DNA from: Candidatus Heimdallarchaeota archaeon
Lineage (GTDB): Archaea > Asgardarchaeota > Heimdallarchaeia > Heimdallarchaeales > Heimdallarchaeaceae
Length of the DNA stretch: 64,000 bases
Assembly (NCBI GenBank): GCA_030603365.1
Contig: JAUVXV010000001.1
Location: forward strand, 544,001-608,000
Direction: 5' to 3'
The notes beneath the pieces were generated by a model that worked only from the letters and a program-made list of their open reading frames with translations, did not search any database and was not told the origin of the DNA. Shown here in pieces: positions 39,180 to 48,809 of this stretch. A program made the translations under genes and the position numbers. Positions within the stretch are counted from its first letter, which is position 1. Every line of letters begins with the position of its first letter.

Positions 39180-42170
39180 ATGGTTAGTACTAGTACTGTC
39201 AACTCATTTAATTGTGTCTTTGATAGCCTTGCATTATATAATTTTAAAATGCACAAAGATACTAAATTAGAGTTATCTGAAGTTCCCATAATAGTTATCT
39301 CAGGTGCAAATGGAAGTGGTAAAACACAAATTTTAGAAGCTTTGATTTTAGCTATTGGACATACACCTAGCAGAATAGCTTTAAGTACTTTTAAAGAATT
39401 GATAGGGCCATTTGATAACAACTCGAAAATTACTTTAAAACTAAACAATCCTGTCCTTTCTGACAACAGATTATTTTATAGTTCAGATCCTGACTTGACC
39501 TCATTTATCGATTCTGATTCATTTGAAATTGAAATAAGAATAAATAGTGAAGGATCTGTACAAAGAAGAATCATTTCCATGAAAGGTAACAGAAGAGAAG
39601 TTACCAAAAGGCAGATTCAGAATTTGATGAAGAATATCGGAATTTATGAAGATACAATGTTAAATTTCACTGAAGAAGGTTATTTAGGTTCTTTTGCTGA
39701 AGGTTCCCCTCATAAAAAATTAGATAGCCTACTTGTTGCTACAGGATTGAAAGAAGTTTTTTCAAGCTATGTAGAATCAAAAAAGAAAGTTGAAGAGAAA
39801 GAGAAAGAGTATTCTCCCTTATCTCTACAATATGAACGAGAACTAAATAAGCTAGAAAAACTTAGAGAAAATTTTGACCGAATTCAGAAAAAAAGAGAAT
39901 TAGTTACTCGATATGAACTTGTAGAAAGAGAATTAACTTGGTTTCTAGCTCTTGAAAATCAAGCTCAGCTTGAAAAAGTAAAGAAGCAAATTAATTTTAA
40001 AGATAATGAACTTAATGAATTGGATACTGAAAATAGGAAGATAGAATCCGATTTTGGTATTGTAAAAGAGTCACTAGAAAGACTCAACTCCGATATAGTT
40101 GATGAAAAGTCAAATGTTAGAGATTTTTCTGATAAGAAAAATAGATTGGAAGGTCAAAAGGATGAAAAAATCACAAGAATTAATATTCTTGAAAAGGAGA
40201 TTTCTGATTTAGAGAATAAACTAGAAAACTTTGGTAACATTCAATCAAATGAAGGATTAGAAAGGAAAAGAGTATTACAGAATTCTTTGAGTTCAATTAA
40301 AGAGAGAGAGAAGCAGCTAGATAATGAATTAGAAACTAGTCAAAATGATTTAAAGAGGAAGATTACAGAGGAAATTAAAATAAAAGAACGAATAGCTGAT
40401 AGATCCAATCAATACGGTAATATTTCAGACTATGAACGACGATTGATAAAAGATAGTATCCTATTCAAAGAAAAGATTCAATCATCTAGATTTAAAAAAG
40501 AAATAATAGGACCAATTTATGAAATTATTTCCATAAAACCCGGTTTTGAGGAATACACTACCGTTATTAAAACAGCAATAGGAAGATATCTCTTCGGTTT
40601 TATTGCTACTTCTCATGAAGCTTATTACGAATCTAAAAGATTGTATGACGAACTCTTCCCTTCTTTCAAACCAAATTTTACTGTAGGTAGAGTATTGGAG
40701 GAAGAAAAAGGGCCCAAACCGAATTTTCTAGTACAATTAGCTCTGGAAACCAAACCTTCAGGAATCGTGGATTATGCCATAAATCTTATTGATTCTCCCT
40801 TTCAAGTTAAGATTTATCTAAAGAGATTTGTTAGAACTTTGTTAGCATCATCTTCAATTTCCTCAAATTTACTTACAGATTATGCTAAGAAATATAGGAC
40901 TAATATTCTAACAACTGATAGTAAAAGTTTCTACCTTTCCCAGGAAGCATTCTCTAGACCTCCTAGTGCATATAATATCAAATTAGGTGTTGGATTAGAG
41001 AAATATCAAACCGTTGAGAGGATAAGGGAACAGCTTTATTCTGTTCAATCTGATATAGAAAGGCTAACAGAAGACAAAATTAGAATAAATAGGGAGATTG
41101 TTGATTTTGAAAATGAGAGAAGAGATCTTGAGAATCTACTTAAACCTTGGAATTTAGGTAAAAATGAACTAGAGAACGAATTTCTTAAACTGGAACAACT
41201 TAAGAATACAGCTGAAGCTCAAATTAGATCGGAGCAAATTGGTATTAATAATTTAGGTTCAAACATTACTTCCATATCAAGCAATCTTTTAGAGGTTGAA
41301 ACAGCATTAATAGAAAAAGAACGAACCTATTCGTCAAAGAAGAATGAATACAATCAATTGGATGATCAAATTCAATTATATCGAACTAAACGAGAAAAAA
41401 TAATAAGACAACTAGAGTTTTTGAATGCTGAATTTATTGAGCTAGATGAACAACATCAGATTCTAATTAAGAACGCTCAGGATAAGGGTTCTCCACCTGA
41501 AACTATTAGAGAAAATCAAGAAGATATCTTTTCTGAATACAATCAAATAAAAGGTCAATTAGAACTATTAGAAATTACCCCTGATATTTCTCAAGAAGTT
41601 ATAGAAAAGCAAGAAAATCATGTTAACCTAATCAAGATAGAGGCACAAAAGGCTGAGGAACATCTTAAGAATTTACGAGATGATCTAGATAAAAGAATTT
41701 CCGAATGGGAAGGTGGTCTGCATAATATTGTTACTCATCTGAATAAAATGCTAAACCTTCTATTGAAGGATACTTTTATGAATATCTCAATACAAATCAA
41801 AAATTATAATGATGAAAGAAATGCAGGTTTATACATAGAAGCTGAAACTAAAGGGGATAATAGGAAATATAGACAATTATCCGGAGGAGAAAAAACACTT
41901 CTCGCACAAGCAATAATTTTGGCTTTACATATGATAAACCATTCTCCTATTCATGCTATAGACGAGTTTACTCAAAAACTAGATAGAAAGAACAAAGCTC
42001 TTGCATTTTCTATGGCACTGTTAACATATCGTCTAGCAAAAGAAAGTAGAATCATAACTCCACAGTTCATCCTGATAACTCCTTCCTTAGATGACATAGA
42101 ATTATCAGAAGAATTTTCTCATAAGATCCTAATAGAAAGCAAAGTAAAATCAAAGGGGGTAAAGACATGA
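39180..42170 (+). CDS. SMC5/6-family ATPase
   Basis: Walker A GANGSGKT, coiled coils, hinge (IIGPIYEIISI...IKTAIGRYLFGFIA), LSGGEK, AIDEFTQKLD, switch QFILITP typical of Smc5/6. Confidence 0.85.
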   Translation: MVSTSTVNSFNCVFDSLALYNFKMHKDTKLELSEVPIIVISGANGSGKTQILEALILAIGHTPSRIALSTFKELIGPFDNNSKITLKLNNPVLSDNRLFYSSDPDLTSFIDSDSFEIEIRINSEGSVQRRIISMKGNRREVTKRQIQNLMKNIGIYEDTMLNFTEEGYLGSFAEGSPHKKLDSLLVATGLKEVFSSYVESKKKVEEKEKEYSPLSLQYERELNKLEKLRENFDRIQKKRELVTRYELVERELTWFLALENQAQLEKVKKQINFKDNELNELDTENRKIESDFGIVKESLERLNSDIVDEKSNVRDFSDKKNRLEGQKDEKITRINILEKEISDLENKLENFGNIQSNEGLERKRVLQNSLSSIKEREKQLDNELETSQNDLKRKITEEIKIKERIADRSNQYGNISDYERRLIKDSILFKEKIQSSRFKKEIIGPIYEIISIKPGFEEYTTVIKTAIGRYLFGFIATSHEAYYESKRLYDELFPSFKPNFTVGRVLEEEKGPKPNFLVQLALETKPSGIVDYAINLIDSPFQVKIYLKRFVRTLLASSSISSNLLTDYAKKYRTNILTTDSKSFYLSQEAFSRPPSAYNIKLGVGLEKYQTVERIREQLYSVQSDIERLTEDKIRINREIVDFENERRDLENLLKPWNLGKNELENEFLKLEQLKNTAEAQIRSEQIGINNLGSNITSISSNLLEVETALIEKERTYSSKKNEYNQLDDQIQLYRTKREKIIRQLEFLNAEFIELDEQHQILIKNAQDKGSPPETIRENQEDIFSEYNQIKGQLELLEITPDISQEVIEKQENHVNLIKIEAQKAEEHLKNLRDDLDKRISEWEGGLHNIVTHLNKMLNLLLKDTFMNISIQIKNYNDERNAGLYIEAETKGDNRKYRQLSGGEKTLLAQAIILALHMINHSPIHAIDEFTQKLDRKNKALAFSMALLTYRLAKESRIITPQFILITPSLDDIELSEEFSHKILIESKVKSKGVKT

Positions 42171-42946
42171 CTGATAATGATTTCATAGATAGTGATGTTG
42201 AAACAAACACTGGTTATTTAGAACAAGCTAGTGAATGGTCTGAAAATATTTTTCACCTTCTTTTTGAGTTGAAAAAGAAATATGATAAATCATTAAAAAA
42301 CAAAGTAGTAGTCACCGTAAATGAATCAGAATCGGATAGAGTCAGAGTGTCGGATGCTTTTCTTTATCTCCAAAGTGAAAAGGAGAGTTTGATTGATGCT
42401 GCTCTCTACAAAGATTTTGTTGGAATGAGTGAACTGAGAGAAAAAAGTTTCTTAGATCAAATGCTTTATCCAAACAAGCGTATAGAAAAATTTGCTGAAA
42501 TAGTAAAAAAGCTGTCTACTCCCATAACCTATTTTTCTAGAGTAAATCAGTTCAACTCTGAGGAGTTATTACCAAATCTTGAACCTCAAATTATTGAAAT
42601 TGAATCAAATCAGGAATTGGAAGAATTCATCAAGAAATATCAAAAGTATTTCCTAAAGTTACAGAATAATTTCCTAAGTAAGGGCGATATAATGAGTATT
42701 GAAGAAAGAATAAAAGAGAAAATCATCAATAAGAAATTAAGTAAAAATGAAATTAATAATATTCTAACTACTTTAGAAGCTGAAATCTTATCAAAGATGA
42801 TAAGCGAGAAAAAAGTGTTTGCCATACAAGAGGACGACTTACTTATTTTTACATTGAATGAAGATGACAAAGAAGTAATTGGAGTATCAAGTTCACTTCT
42901 CCTTTCTCCAAAAATACATAAAAATGAAGGTAGAGAAGATGGATGA
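42167..42946 (+). CDS. Putative kleisin (ScpA/Nse4-like)
   Basis: ATGA overlap with the SMC gene; about 260 aa; helical N-terminus; C-terminal ILSKMISEKKVFAIQEDDLLIF resembles the kleisin C-terminal winged helix. Confidence 0.5.
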   Translation: MTDNDFIDSDVETNTGYLEQASEWSENIFHLLFELKKKYDKSLKNKVVVTVNESESDRVRVSDAFLYLQSEKESLIDAALYKDFVGMSELREKSFLDQMLYPNKRIEKFAEIVKKLSTPITYFSRVNQFNSEELLPNLEPQIIEIESNQELEEFIKKYQKYFLKLQNNFLSKGDIMSIEERIKEKIINKKLSKNEINNILTTLEAEILSKMISEKKVFAIQEDDLLIFTLNEDDKEVIGVSSSLLLSPKIHKNEGREDG

Positions 42947-43544
42947 AAACCCTTTCAATGAGGGAGAAGAATCTCAATCGGATTCAATGATCATCAATAT
43001 ACTTCCCCCTTCAATCTCTGATGAAGAAAAGGGACAACTTTTCAAAGAACTTACTACGATACTTTCAAGAAAATGGACAAAAGATAAAACTATTGTCTTT
43101 GGATGTTCAGAACTAGACTTACTTCTAGCTACAAGATTTGATGTTGCTACACTCAGGGAAGCACTAGACGAGTATAAACTATTCGTAAAAGTTATTGGTT
43201 TAGATTTAATAGACTATGATATAGAAGGTGAAAGATGGTATTGCTTGAAGTCAACATACTATGCACCTTCTGAACTGGAACAATCAGAGTTGATTATTCT
43301 TGGTTTAATTATAGCGATGATAGAAGATGAAAATCCCAAACCTATAACTACAGAGAAAATTAAGGAGAAATTAGTGATTCCTGGAAAGATGAAAGAATAT
43401 CTAGTCGAACAAAGCTTGAGAAATCTAGCAAAGTTGGGGTATATTCAGAGAAAAAACAATTCTTGGCAATACAATTATAGAACTCTTATAGAATATGGAT
43501 CTGAAGAAAGACAGAAGATTATAGAGGAGTTCAGGAACATTTGA
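42939..43544 (+). CDS. KITE-family tandem winged-helix protein (Nse1/Nse3/ScpB/MksE-like)
   Basis: LREALDEY..VKVIGLDL...WYCL (WH-A), LEQSELIILGLII...LRNLAKLGYI...YNYRTLIEY (WH-B). ATG 42939 overlaps the previous stop. Confidence 0.7.
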   Translation: MDENPFNEGEESQSDSMIINILPPSISDEEKGQLFKELTTILSRKWTKDKTIVFGCSELDLLLATRFDVATLREALDEYKLFVKVIGLDLIDYDIEGERWYCLKSTYYAPSELEQSELIILGLIIAMIEDENPKPITTEKIKEKLVIPGKMKEYLVEQSLRNLAKLGYIQRKNNSWQYNYRTLIEYGSEERQKIIEEFRNI

Positions 43545-43996
43545 AAGAACAAGAACTTATACAATGCTATATTCGTTGTACTTTCTGTAATGTTAAGGTT
43601 CCTCTTAAGGAAGCTGCCTTGGAAGGATGGGAAGTCTGTCAAAAATGTCAGCTTGTTTTTTGTGTAGAATGTAAAACCTCTGTAGATGAAAATTTGCACT
43701 GCCCTGGTTCTGTTTATACAACAGAACATAAAGCTGCTTTTCAACTATTACCTGTTGAGCAAATTCTTGAAACTGCTACCATGATGGAGCAACCAGTAAA
43801 GAAAGGTCAATATATTTCGAAAATCTTTTTTGATGATGAACGTAGAAAAATAGATCTATTAAGAAAAGAACAAAATAAGAAAGGTCCAATTGATTTTAGC
43901 ATCATCCGATTTAGGGAAGAGCAATGGAAAAAATTCGGTACTGTCCTAGTTAAGAGAAAAGATGGAAAGTTCCTTACTTGGGGTCAGATTGATTAA
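43541..43996 (+). CDS. RING-like Zn-finger protein
   Basis: C13-x2-C16-x16-C33-x2-C36-x4-C41-x2-C44-x9-C54-x8-H63. TTG start overlaps the KITE stop (TTGA) with GAGGAG upstream. Confidence 0.7.
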   Translation: MKEQELIQCYIRCTFCNVKVPLKEAALEGWEVCQKCQLVFCVECKTSVDENLHCPGSVYTTEHKAAFQLLPVEQILETATMMEQPVKKGQYISKIFFDDERRKIDLLRKEQNKKGPIDFSIIRFREEQWKKFGTVLVKRKDGKFLTWGQID

Positions 43997-44026
43997 ATGA
44001 AAAAGAAAGAAAAAGAAGAAGAGGAA
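43997..44026 (-). terminator. Oligo-T terminator between convergent genes
   Basis: A-rich purine tract on + (T-rich on -) after the permease stop. Confidence 0.5.
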
Positions 44027-46918
44027 TTATATTCCTGTTATAGCTTCTGCTCTTGAGCCCAGAATTACGTTAGTTATAAACAGACTAGTTATCTGTAATA
44101 GCATTAATAGCACACCCAAAGCACAGAATATCTGGAATTTTAATGGATTCCAAGCCATATACCAGGTAATTGTTCCTGCACGAGCACTAAGAATTAGGAA
44201 AATCGTAGTTGAAACTTCTGATAAACAATACAAGAAAGATACAAGAGAACCTGCAAATATATTAAGTGAAATTAGAGGTAATGTAATCTTCCTCATTGTA
44301 TTCATTCTTGAAGCGCCTAAATTGAAAGAAGCTTCTTCTAAAACTGGGTCAACTTGTTGTAATCCAGCATAAGCTGATCTTACCGTAAACGGTATTTTTC
44401 GAACCGTATAGCTCATAATTAACAGCGTTACAGCAACACCAACAAAAGGATCAAGATGCAAACCTGCGGCTAGGTTAGCCATCATTCTATTGAACCATGT
44501 AGGATTTCTTGAAGCGACACCACCCCAATCAAAAGTTCTGTAGAAACCAATAGCGAGTACTATTCCAGGAATTGCTATTGGTAACGTTACTAGTGCGTCT
44601 AGAAGATTCTTCCCTCTGAAATCTTTTCGACTTACAACATAGGCAGCTAAGGAACCTATGACTATTATTAACATCGTTGCTATTACACTATAAACAAGCG
44701 TGTTTATTACATAATTCGGTATATTATATCGCGAAGAAGTAAATACAAGTCCATAGTTTTCCAACGTGAACTTAATATCTGAGGGCTTCGTACCCCCTAA
44801 TGTTTCCATAATTGACATTAGGAAAACTCCTACATGAACAAGCAGTGAAAATGCAAATAATATGACTAAAAATGGGTAAATGAACAGTAATTTCCATTTT
44901 GCTTTGGATAATCTATATTGACCTGCTCTTCCTTTACTGACCATTGAATAAGTTTTCAAAGAAACATATTTTCTTATTGCGAAGAAACCAAGTATAGCTA
45001 TAATTAGAAGAATCCCTCCAAGTACACATACTTCTGGCGTAATTACTGCTGAACCCGCTTTTGTGAAATTCTCAAAAATATGATAAGGTAGAACTTTCTT
45101 AGCTGCATCATCTCCCATTGCAGCGAAGATAATCGGTGTACCTACATCTTCCATTGCAAGAATTAAGACAAGTATTGCACCTGCTCCAATGCCCGGCATT
45201 GCAAGCGGTAATGTTACCGATGAAAACAAACGTAATCTTCCTGCACCAAGGTTTTCTGCTGATTCTTCCATGCTAGGATCTATGTTAAGGAATGCAGAAA
45301 ATGCATTCAAGTATACAAGCGCATAGAAATGAGAAACTTGAACAAACACTATCGCAAATATACCTGAAAAGACAAGTTTACTTTCGTATACTGGTATAAG
45401 AAAGAAATTATTGAGAAAACCATTGGGACCTAGAATCAATCTGAATCCCATACCTGATATGAACGGAGGAATGATTAATGGTGCTAGAGCTAGAAGACTA
45501 ACTAATCTTTTACCAGGGAATTCATATCTGGCTAAGATGAAAGCTAAAGCAGTACCAAGAAGGACTGAGAAAATTGTTGTTAATATTCCAATTTTGATTG
45601 TGTTCAGAACAACTCCATGATCTTTTCCACTAAGCGTTATAACATAAATCATAATTGTATCTTCATATTCTCCAAGACTGTTTAATGTTAAAATTGATTG
45701 ACTATCCAGAACATTTAATCCATTTTTTGATTGTGCTAAATAAATTCTGTCATTATCAATGTCTAAAAGTACATCTTCAGTATTCTTTCCAATTTGGATG
45801 AAATTACTTATTTCAAACATGATTGAAGGGTCTGTTATATCAATCACTCTTATTCCATAATCAAAAGTAAACTCATTTGAGGTTACAATATATGCATAAT
45901 TATCATCAATAAATACATCGTCCGCTCTTGTACTAGCTGTTAAATTAAACCATCCCAACACACTGATATCTGATGGGTCAGAAATATCAAACGCAACAAA
46001 TCCATCGAGATCAGCAGCTATATATGCTACATCATCTACAATTTCAATACCTTGAGCATTTATCGATTCTGATGTTTCCGGATATAAAGAATATTTTTCT
46101 ATATGTATTGGATTGGATTTATTGGTTATATCAAAAACGTTGATTCCAGAATCATACCCAATAAGAAATGCATAATTGTCTTTTATCGCTATATCTTTAG
46201 AATCGATAATATCTAAGGCAGTATTAGTGTCTCTTGCAGTTCTTGATAGGACTATTGGGTATGTTGGGTCTGAAACATCAATAATAGCAAACCCTTCTCC
46301 ATTAATATCAAGGTAAACAGTATCATTTTGAACTAGTAGAAAATTTGTGTCATTTGCAAGTTTGTAAATCTCTGATACAGGTTTGAAAGATTCTTCTATG
46401 TCAGAAATATTGAAGATAAGTAATCCGCTTTCACCTGCTGCAGTGTATAACAAATCATCTTGTATATGTAAATCTTTGAAGTCGGCTAATTCATCATAAT
46501 ACTGTCTTATCTCCGTAATTGATTCTGGATTGGTAATATTCAATATTTCTATTCCTTGTTCTCTTTCAGCTATGTAAGCAACATTATTTGAAACAGCAAC
46601 AGCATCAGCTGGACCACCATAAGGTTCGTTACCCGCGGAATAAAAGGTAGTTTCATCCACTCCACCAAAATTGAAATAGATATCTTGAGTAAAAACATTA
46701 GCTATAGGAGTACCAGACCATTCCCCATTGAAGTAAATAGCTCCAGATAAAACTGAAAATAGAGGAACAACCATCCAGACGATGAAAACAAATCCTACGA
46801 GAACAATAATAAAGTTTGTAGAAGGTTCTCTTAATAGTTTTACATACAATAAGTCAATAATTGATCTTCTCTGTTTCCCTCGTTTTTTATCATCATTTTC
46901 TTTGTTTGATCTAGCCAT
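44027..46918 (-). CDS. Fe3+/thiamine-type ABC permease (FbpB-like) with an inserted LVIVD-repeat domain
   Basis: Two EAA loops (EESAENLGA, EEASFNLGA), PLIIPPF and PIAIPG; aa ~100-420 contain repeated AY(I/V)A...G(L/I)x(I/V)(I/F)D(I/V)(S/T)(D/N)P units. Confidence 0.88.
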   Translation of the reverse strand: MARSNKENDDKKRGKQRRSIIDLLYVKLLREPSTNFIIVLVGFVFIVWMVVPLFSVLSGAIYFNGEWSGTPIANVFTQDIYFNFGGVDETTFYSAGNEPYGGPADAVAVSNNVAYIAEREQGIEILNITNPESITEIRQYYDELADFKDLHIQDDLLYTAAGESGLLIFNISDIEESFKPVSEIYKLANDTNFLLVQNDTVYLDINGEGFAIIDVSDPTYPIVLSRTARDTNTALDIIDSKDIAIKDNYAFLIGYDSGINVFDITNKSNPIHIEKYSLYPETSESINAQGIEIVDDVAYIAADLDGFVAFDISDPSDISVLGWFNLTASTRADDVFIDDNYAYIVTSNEFTFDYGIRVIDITDPSIMFEISNFIQIGKNTEDVLLDIDNDRIYLAQSKNGLNVLDSQSILTLNSLGEYEDTIMIYVITLSGKDHGVVLNTIKIGILTTIFSVLLGTALAFILARYEFPGKRLVSLLALAPLIIPPFISGMGFRLILGPNGFLNNFFLIPVYESKLVFSGIFAIVFVQVSHFYALVYLNAFSAFLNIDPSMEESAENLGAGRLRLFSSVTLPLAMPGIGAGAILVLILAMEDVGTPIIFAAMGDDAAKKVLPYHIFENFTKAGSAVITPEVCVLGGILLIIAILGFFAIRKYVSLKTYSMVSKGRAGQYRLSKAKWKLLFIYPFLVILFAFSLLVHVGVFLMSIMETLGGTKPSDIKFTLENYGLVFTSSRYNIPNYVINTLVYSVIATMLIIVIGSLAAYVVSRKDFRGKNLLDALVTLPIAIPGIVLAIGFYRTFDWGGVASRNPTWFNRMMANLAAGLHLDPFVGVAVTLLIMSYTVRKIPFTVRSAYAGLQQVDPVLEEASFNLGASRMNTMRKITLPLISLNIFAGSLVSFLYCLSEVSTTIFLILSARAGTITWYMAWNPLKFQIFCALGVLLMLLQITSLFITNVILGSRAEAITGI

Positions 46919-47060
46919 CTTTATTCTACCTGTATACTATGGGTGAGTTGTTAATCACTTAATGCTTTTTGAATTTTCTCCCTAACTTTTAAAAGTGCAT
47001 CATTAAAGTTGAAGAATTTTAGTAAAACTAATTATAAAAAAATAGAGAAGAAAAAGAAAA

Positions 47061-48569
47061 TTACTTTTTCTTTCTTTTATATATTAATATAATAGTTGCT
47101 ACAGTAAGTGTTGAGATCAATGCAGGTATGAAAGCAAAAGAACTGTCATCGGTTGGAACAGTAGGACACGGATCACCTAATGCACCAAGAATTACACAAT
47201 ACTGTGCACTAGCGTAGGTTCTCCATTCTGAATCTTTTTCCGATGCAAACGTTGGATCTGATTGATATTGTGTATTCCAATCAATTGACTCTTGTAACGT
47301 CATTCCAGGCACACCGAGTTGATCTTTTAATTCCACGAAATATGTGCCGTTGATTGTTGTATCACGAAATTGGGTTACCATTTCACCCCAAGTCTTTCTC
47401 AATAAACTATATTTTTGTTCAATAGTTTGGTGGAAGTAGTAAATTGTTGTGGCTAAGTTGCTAGTGGCAAGAGGTTCATCGAAGTCTATACCTATATTGG
47501 CTAGGGTTTCATTATAGAGGGCATATAATTCTACATGTGTGGAACCCTCTGGAGTTAGAAATGCCGAAGCATTAACAGGAAGACGATCAAGTCCTTCAGT
47601 CATCCAAGCAGTTTGACCCGCTGGTGAGAATAAATATTTCATGAAAGCTGCAGCTGCATCATAATGGTCTACATTGATTCCCAAAGCGATTGGGTCTCCA
47701 TTAACGATAGACTGTCCTTCTGGAATGATATACTCACAGCTAGGATTCTCTCTGTTAGCAATAACACCATAGAAATCTATAGTCATTGCAATACCTACTT
47801 CTCCACTTACAACAGCTGCTCTGGTATCAACAGATCCAGGATAAATACCTGCATTACCACCCATTCGAGTAAGTAGCTTCCATCCTTCTTCCCAACCAAA
47901 TGCTTGGAGAATGATTTGGTAGATTCTTGTGTTAGAGGTTGTTAAAGGTGGATCTCCCATACTGATTGCTTTCACACTATCACTTATGTAATAAGTTGGA
48001 CTAGCAAGTTCTTCCCAAGTTTGTGGAATAGGTAGGCCATATGTGGATAGGAAGTCATTATTGATTGTAAAACCAAAAGATGATATGGCATTAGCGGCCC
48101 AAATCATAGCACCTTCACCATCAAAACTCTTCATTCCTGCTCCTGCCAAAGTAGCAGGAACACTGTCATTAACAGCAGTAAATAACTCTGCATCAGTAAC
48201 TGGGTCTATATGGTATAAGAGGCCCCAATTTTCCATAGTGTTGAACAATGAAGGTCCTCCTCCCCATGCAAGATCAATGGATTTGGAGGGGTCTTCAAGA
48301 AGTTTCTTCCAACCATCATCTGTTGTGGCATATCTGAAATCTAGCTCAGTAATTCCCAAAGCGATTGCTTCAGGTGTTGCTAGAAATCTTGCTGTAAATT
48401 CATCTGTAATTGTTACATCGTGTCGAGTAACAATTGATAATGTTACATCGTTAAGCTTTGGATCAGGTGTTATAACCGAATCTTGTTCTGCAGTTGCGAT
48501 AAATACAGTACTACCTGCTATCAATGTAACAAGCATTAAAACTATTATAGCTTTTCTTTTTATTTTCAT
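47061..48569 (-). CDS. ABC transporter substrate-binding protein (Fe3+/AfuA-like, archaeal type)
   Basis: IVTRHD, DLAWGGGP..F, P.TWEELA, IDFYG, NGDPIAL; C-terminal TM helix plus KRKKK. Confidence 0.88.
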   Translation of the reverse strand: MKIKRKAIIVLMLVTLIAGSTVFIATAEQDSVITPDPKLNDVTLSIVTRHDVTITDEFTARFLATPEAIALGITELDFRYATTDDGWKKLLEDPSKSIDLAWGGGPSLFNTMENWGLLYHIDPVTDAELFTAVNDSVPATLAGAGMKSFDGEGAMIWAANAISSFGFTINNDFLSTYGLPIPQTWEELASPTYYISDSVKAISMGDPPLTTSNTRIYQIILQAFGWEEGWKLLTRMGGNAGIYPGSVDTRAAVVSGEVGIAMTIDFYGVIANRENPSCEYIIPEGQSIVNGDPIALGINVDHYDAAAAFMKYLFSPAGQTAWMTEGLDRLPVNASAFLTPEGSTHVELYALYNETLANIGIDFDEPLATSNLATTIYYFHQTIEQKYSLLRKTWGEMVTQFRDTTINGTYFVELKDQLGVPGMTLQESIDWNTQYQSDPTFASEKDSEWRTYASAQYCVILGALGDPCPTVPTDDSSFAFIPALISTLTVATIILIYKRKKK

Positions 48570-48809
48570 TTTCTAATCAACCTTCTTATTGATATCCAAT
48601 GAATATCAAAATACAATCTAGTTTTCCCGCTATAAAGTTTTTGCACCCACGACAAAAAACCCGTTTATTCAAAAAAACAATTATGAGTATAAACAAAGTA
48701 TGATAATTTCATCTAATTTGATTATTTTATCTGTGAAAATAGATTAAAACATATGATGTTACATAACAAAATTCAATAATATGTTCTAAAATTATTACTT
48801 AAAGTTGAA

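Noticed and set aside
39180-43996. Wadjet/MksBEFG or SbcCD/Mre11-Rad50 call for the SMC operon
   Set aside because: No Toprim JetD/MksG or Mre11/SbcD nuclease, no CxxC zinc hook, a true hinge is present, and gene order and sizes differ from jetABCD.
43541-43996. Calling the Zn-finger ORF a TFIIH p44 orthologue partnering XPD
   Set aside because: It lacks the vWA domain that binds XPD, lies 31 kb from xpd, and is translationally coupled to the KITE gene.
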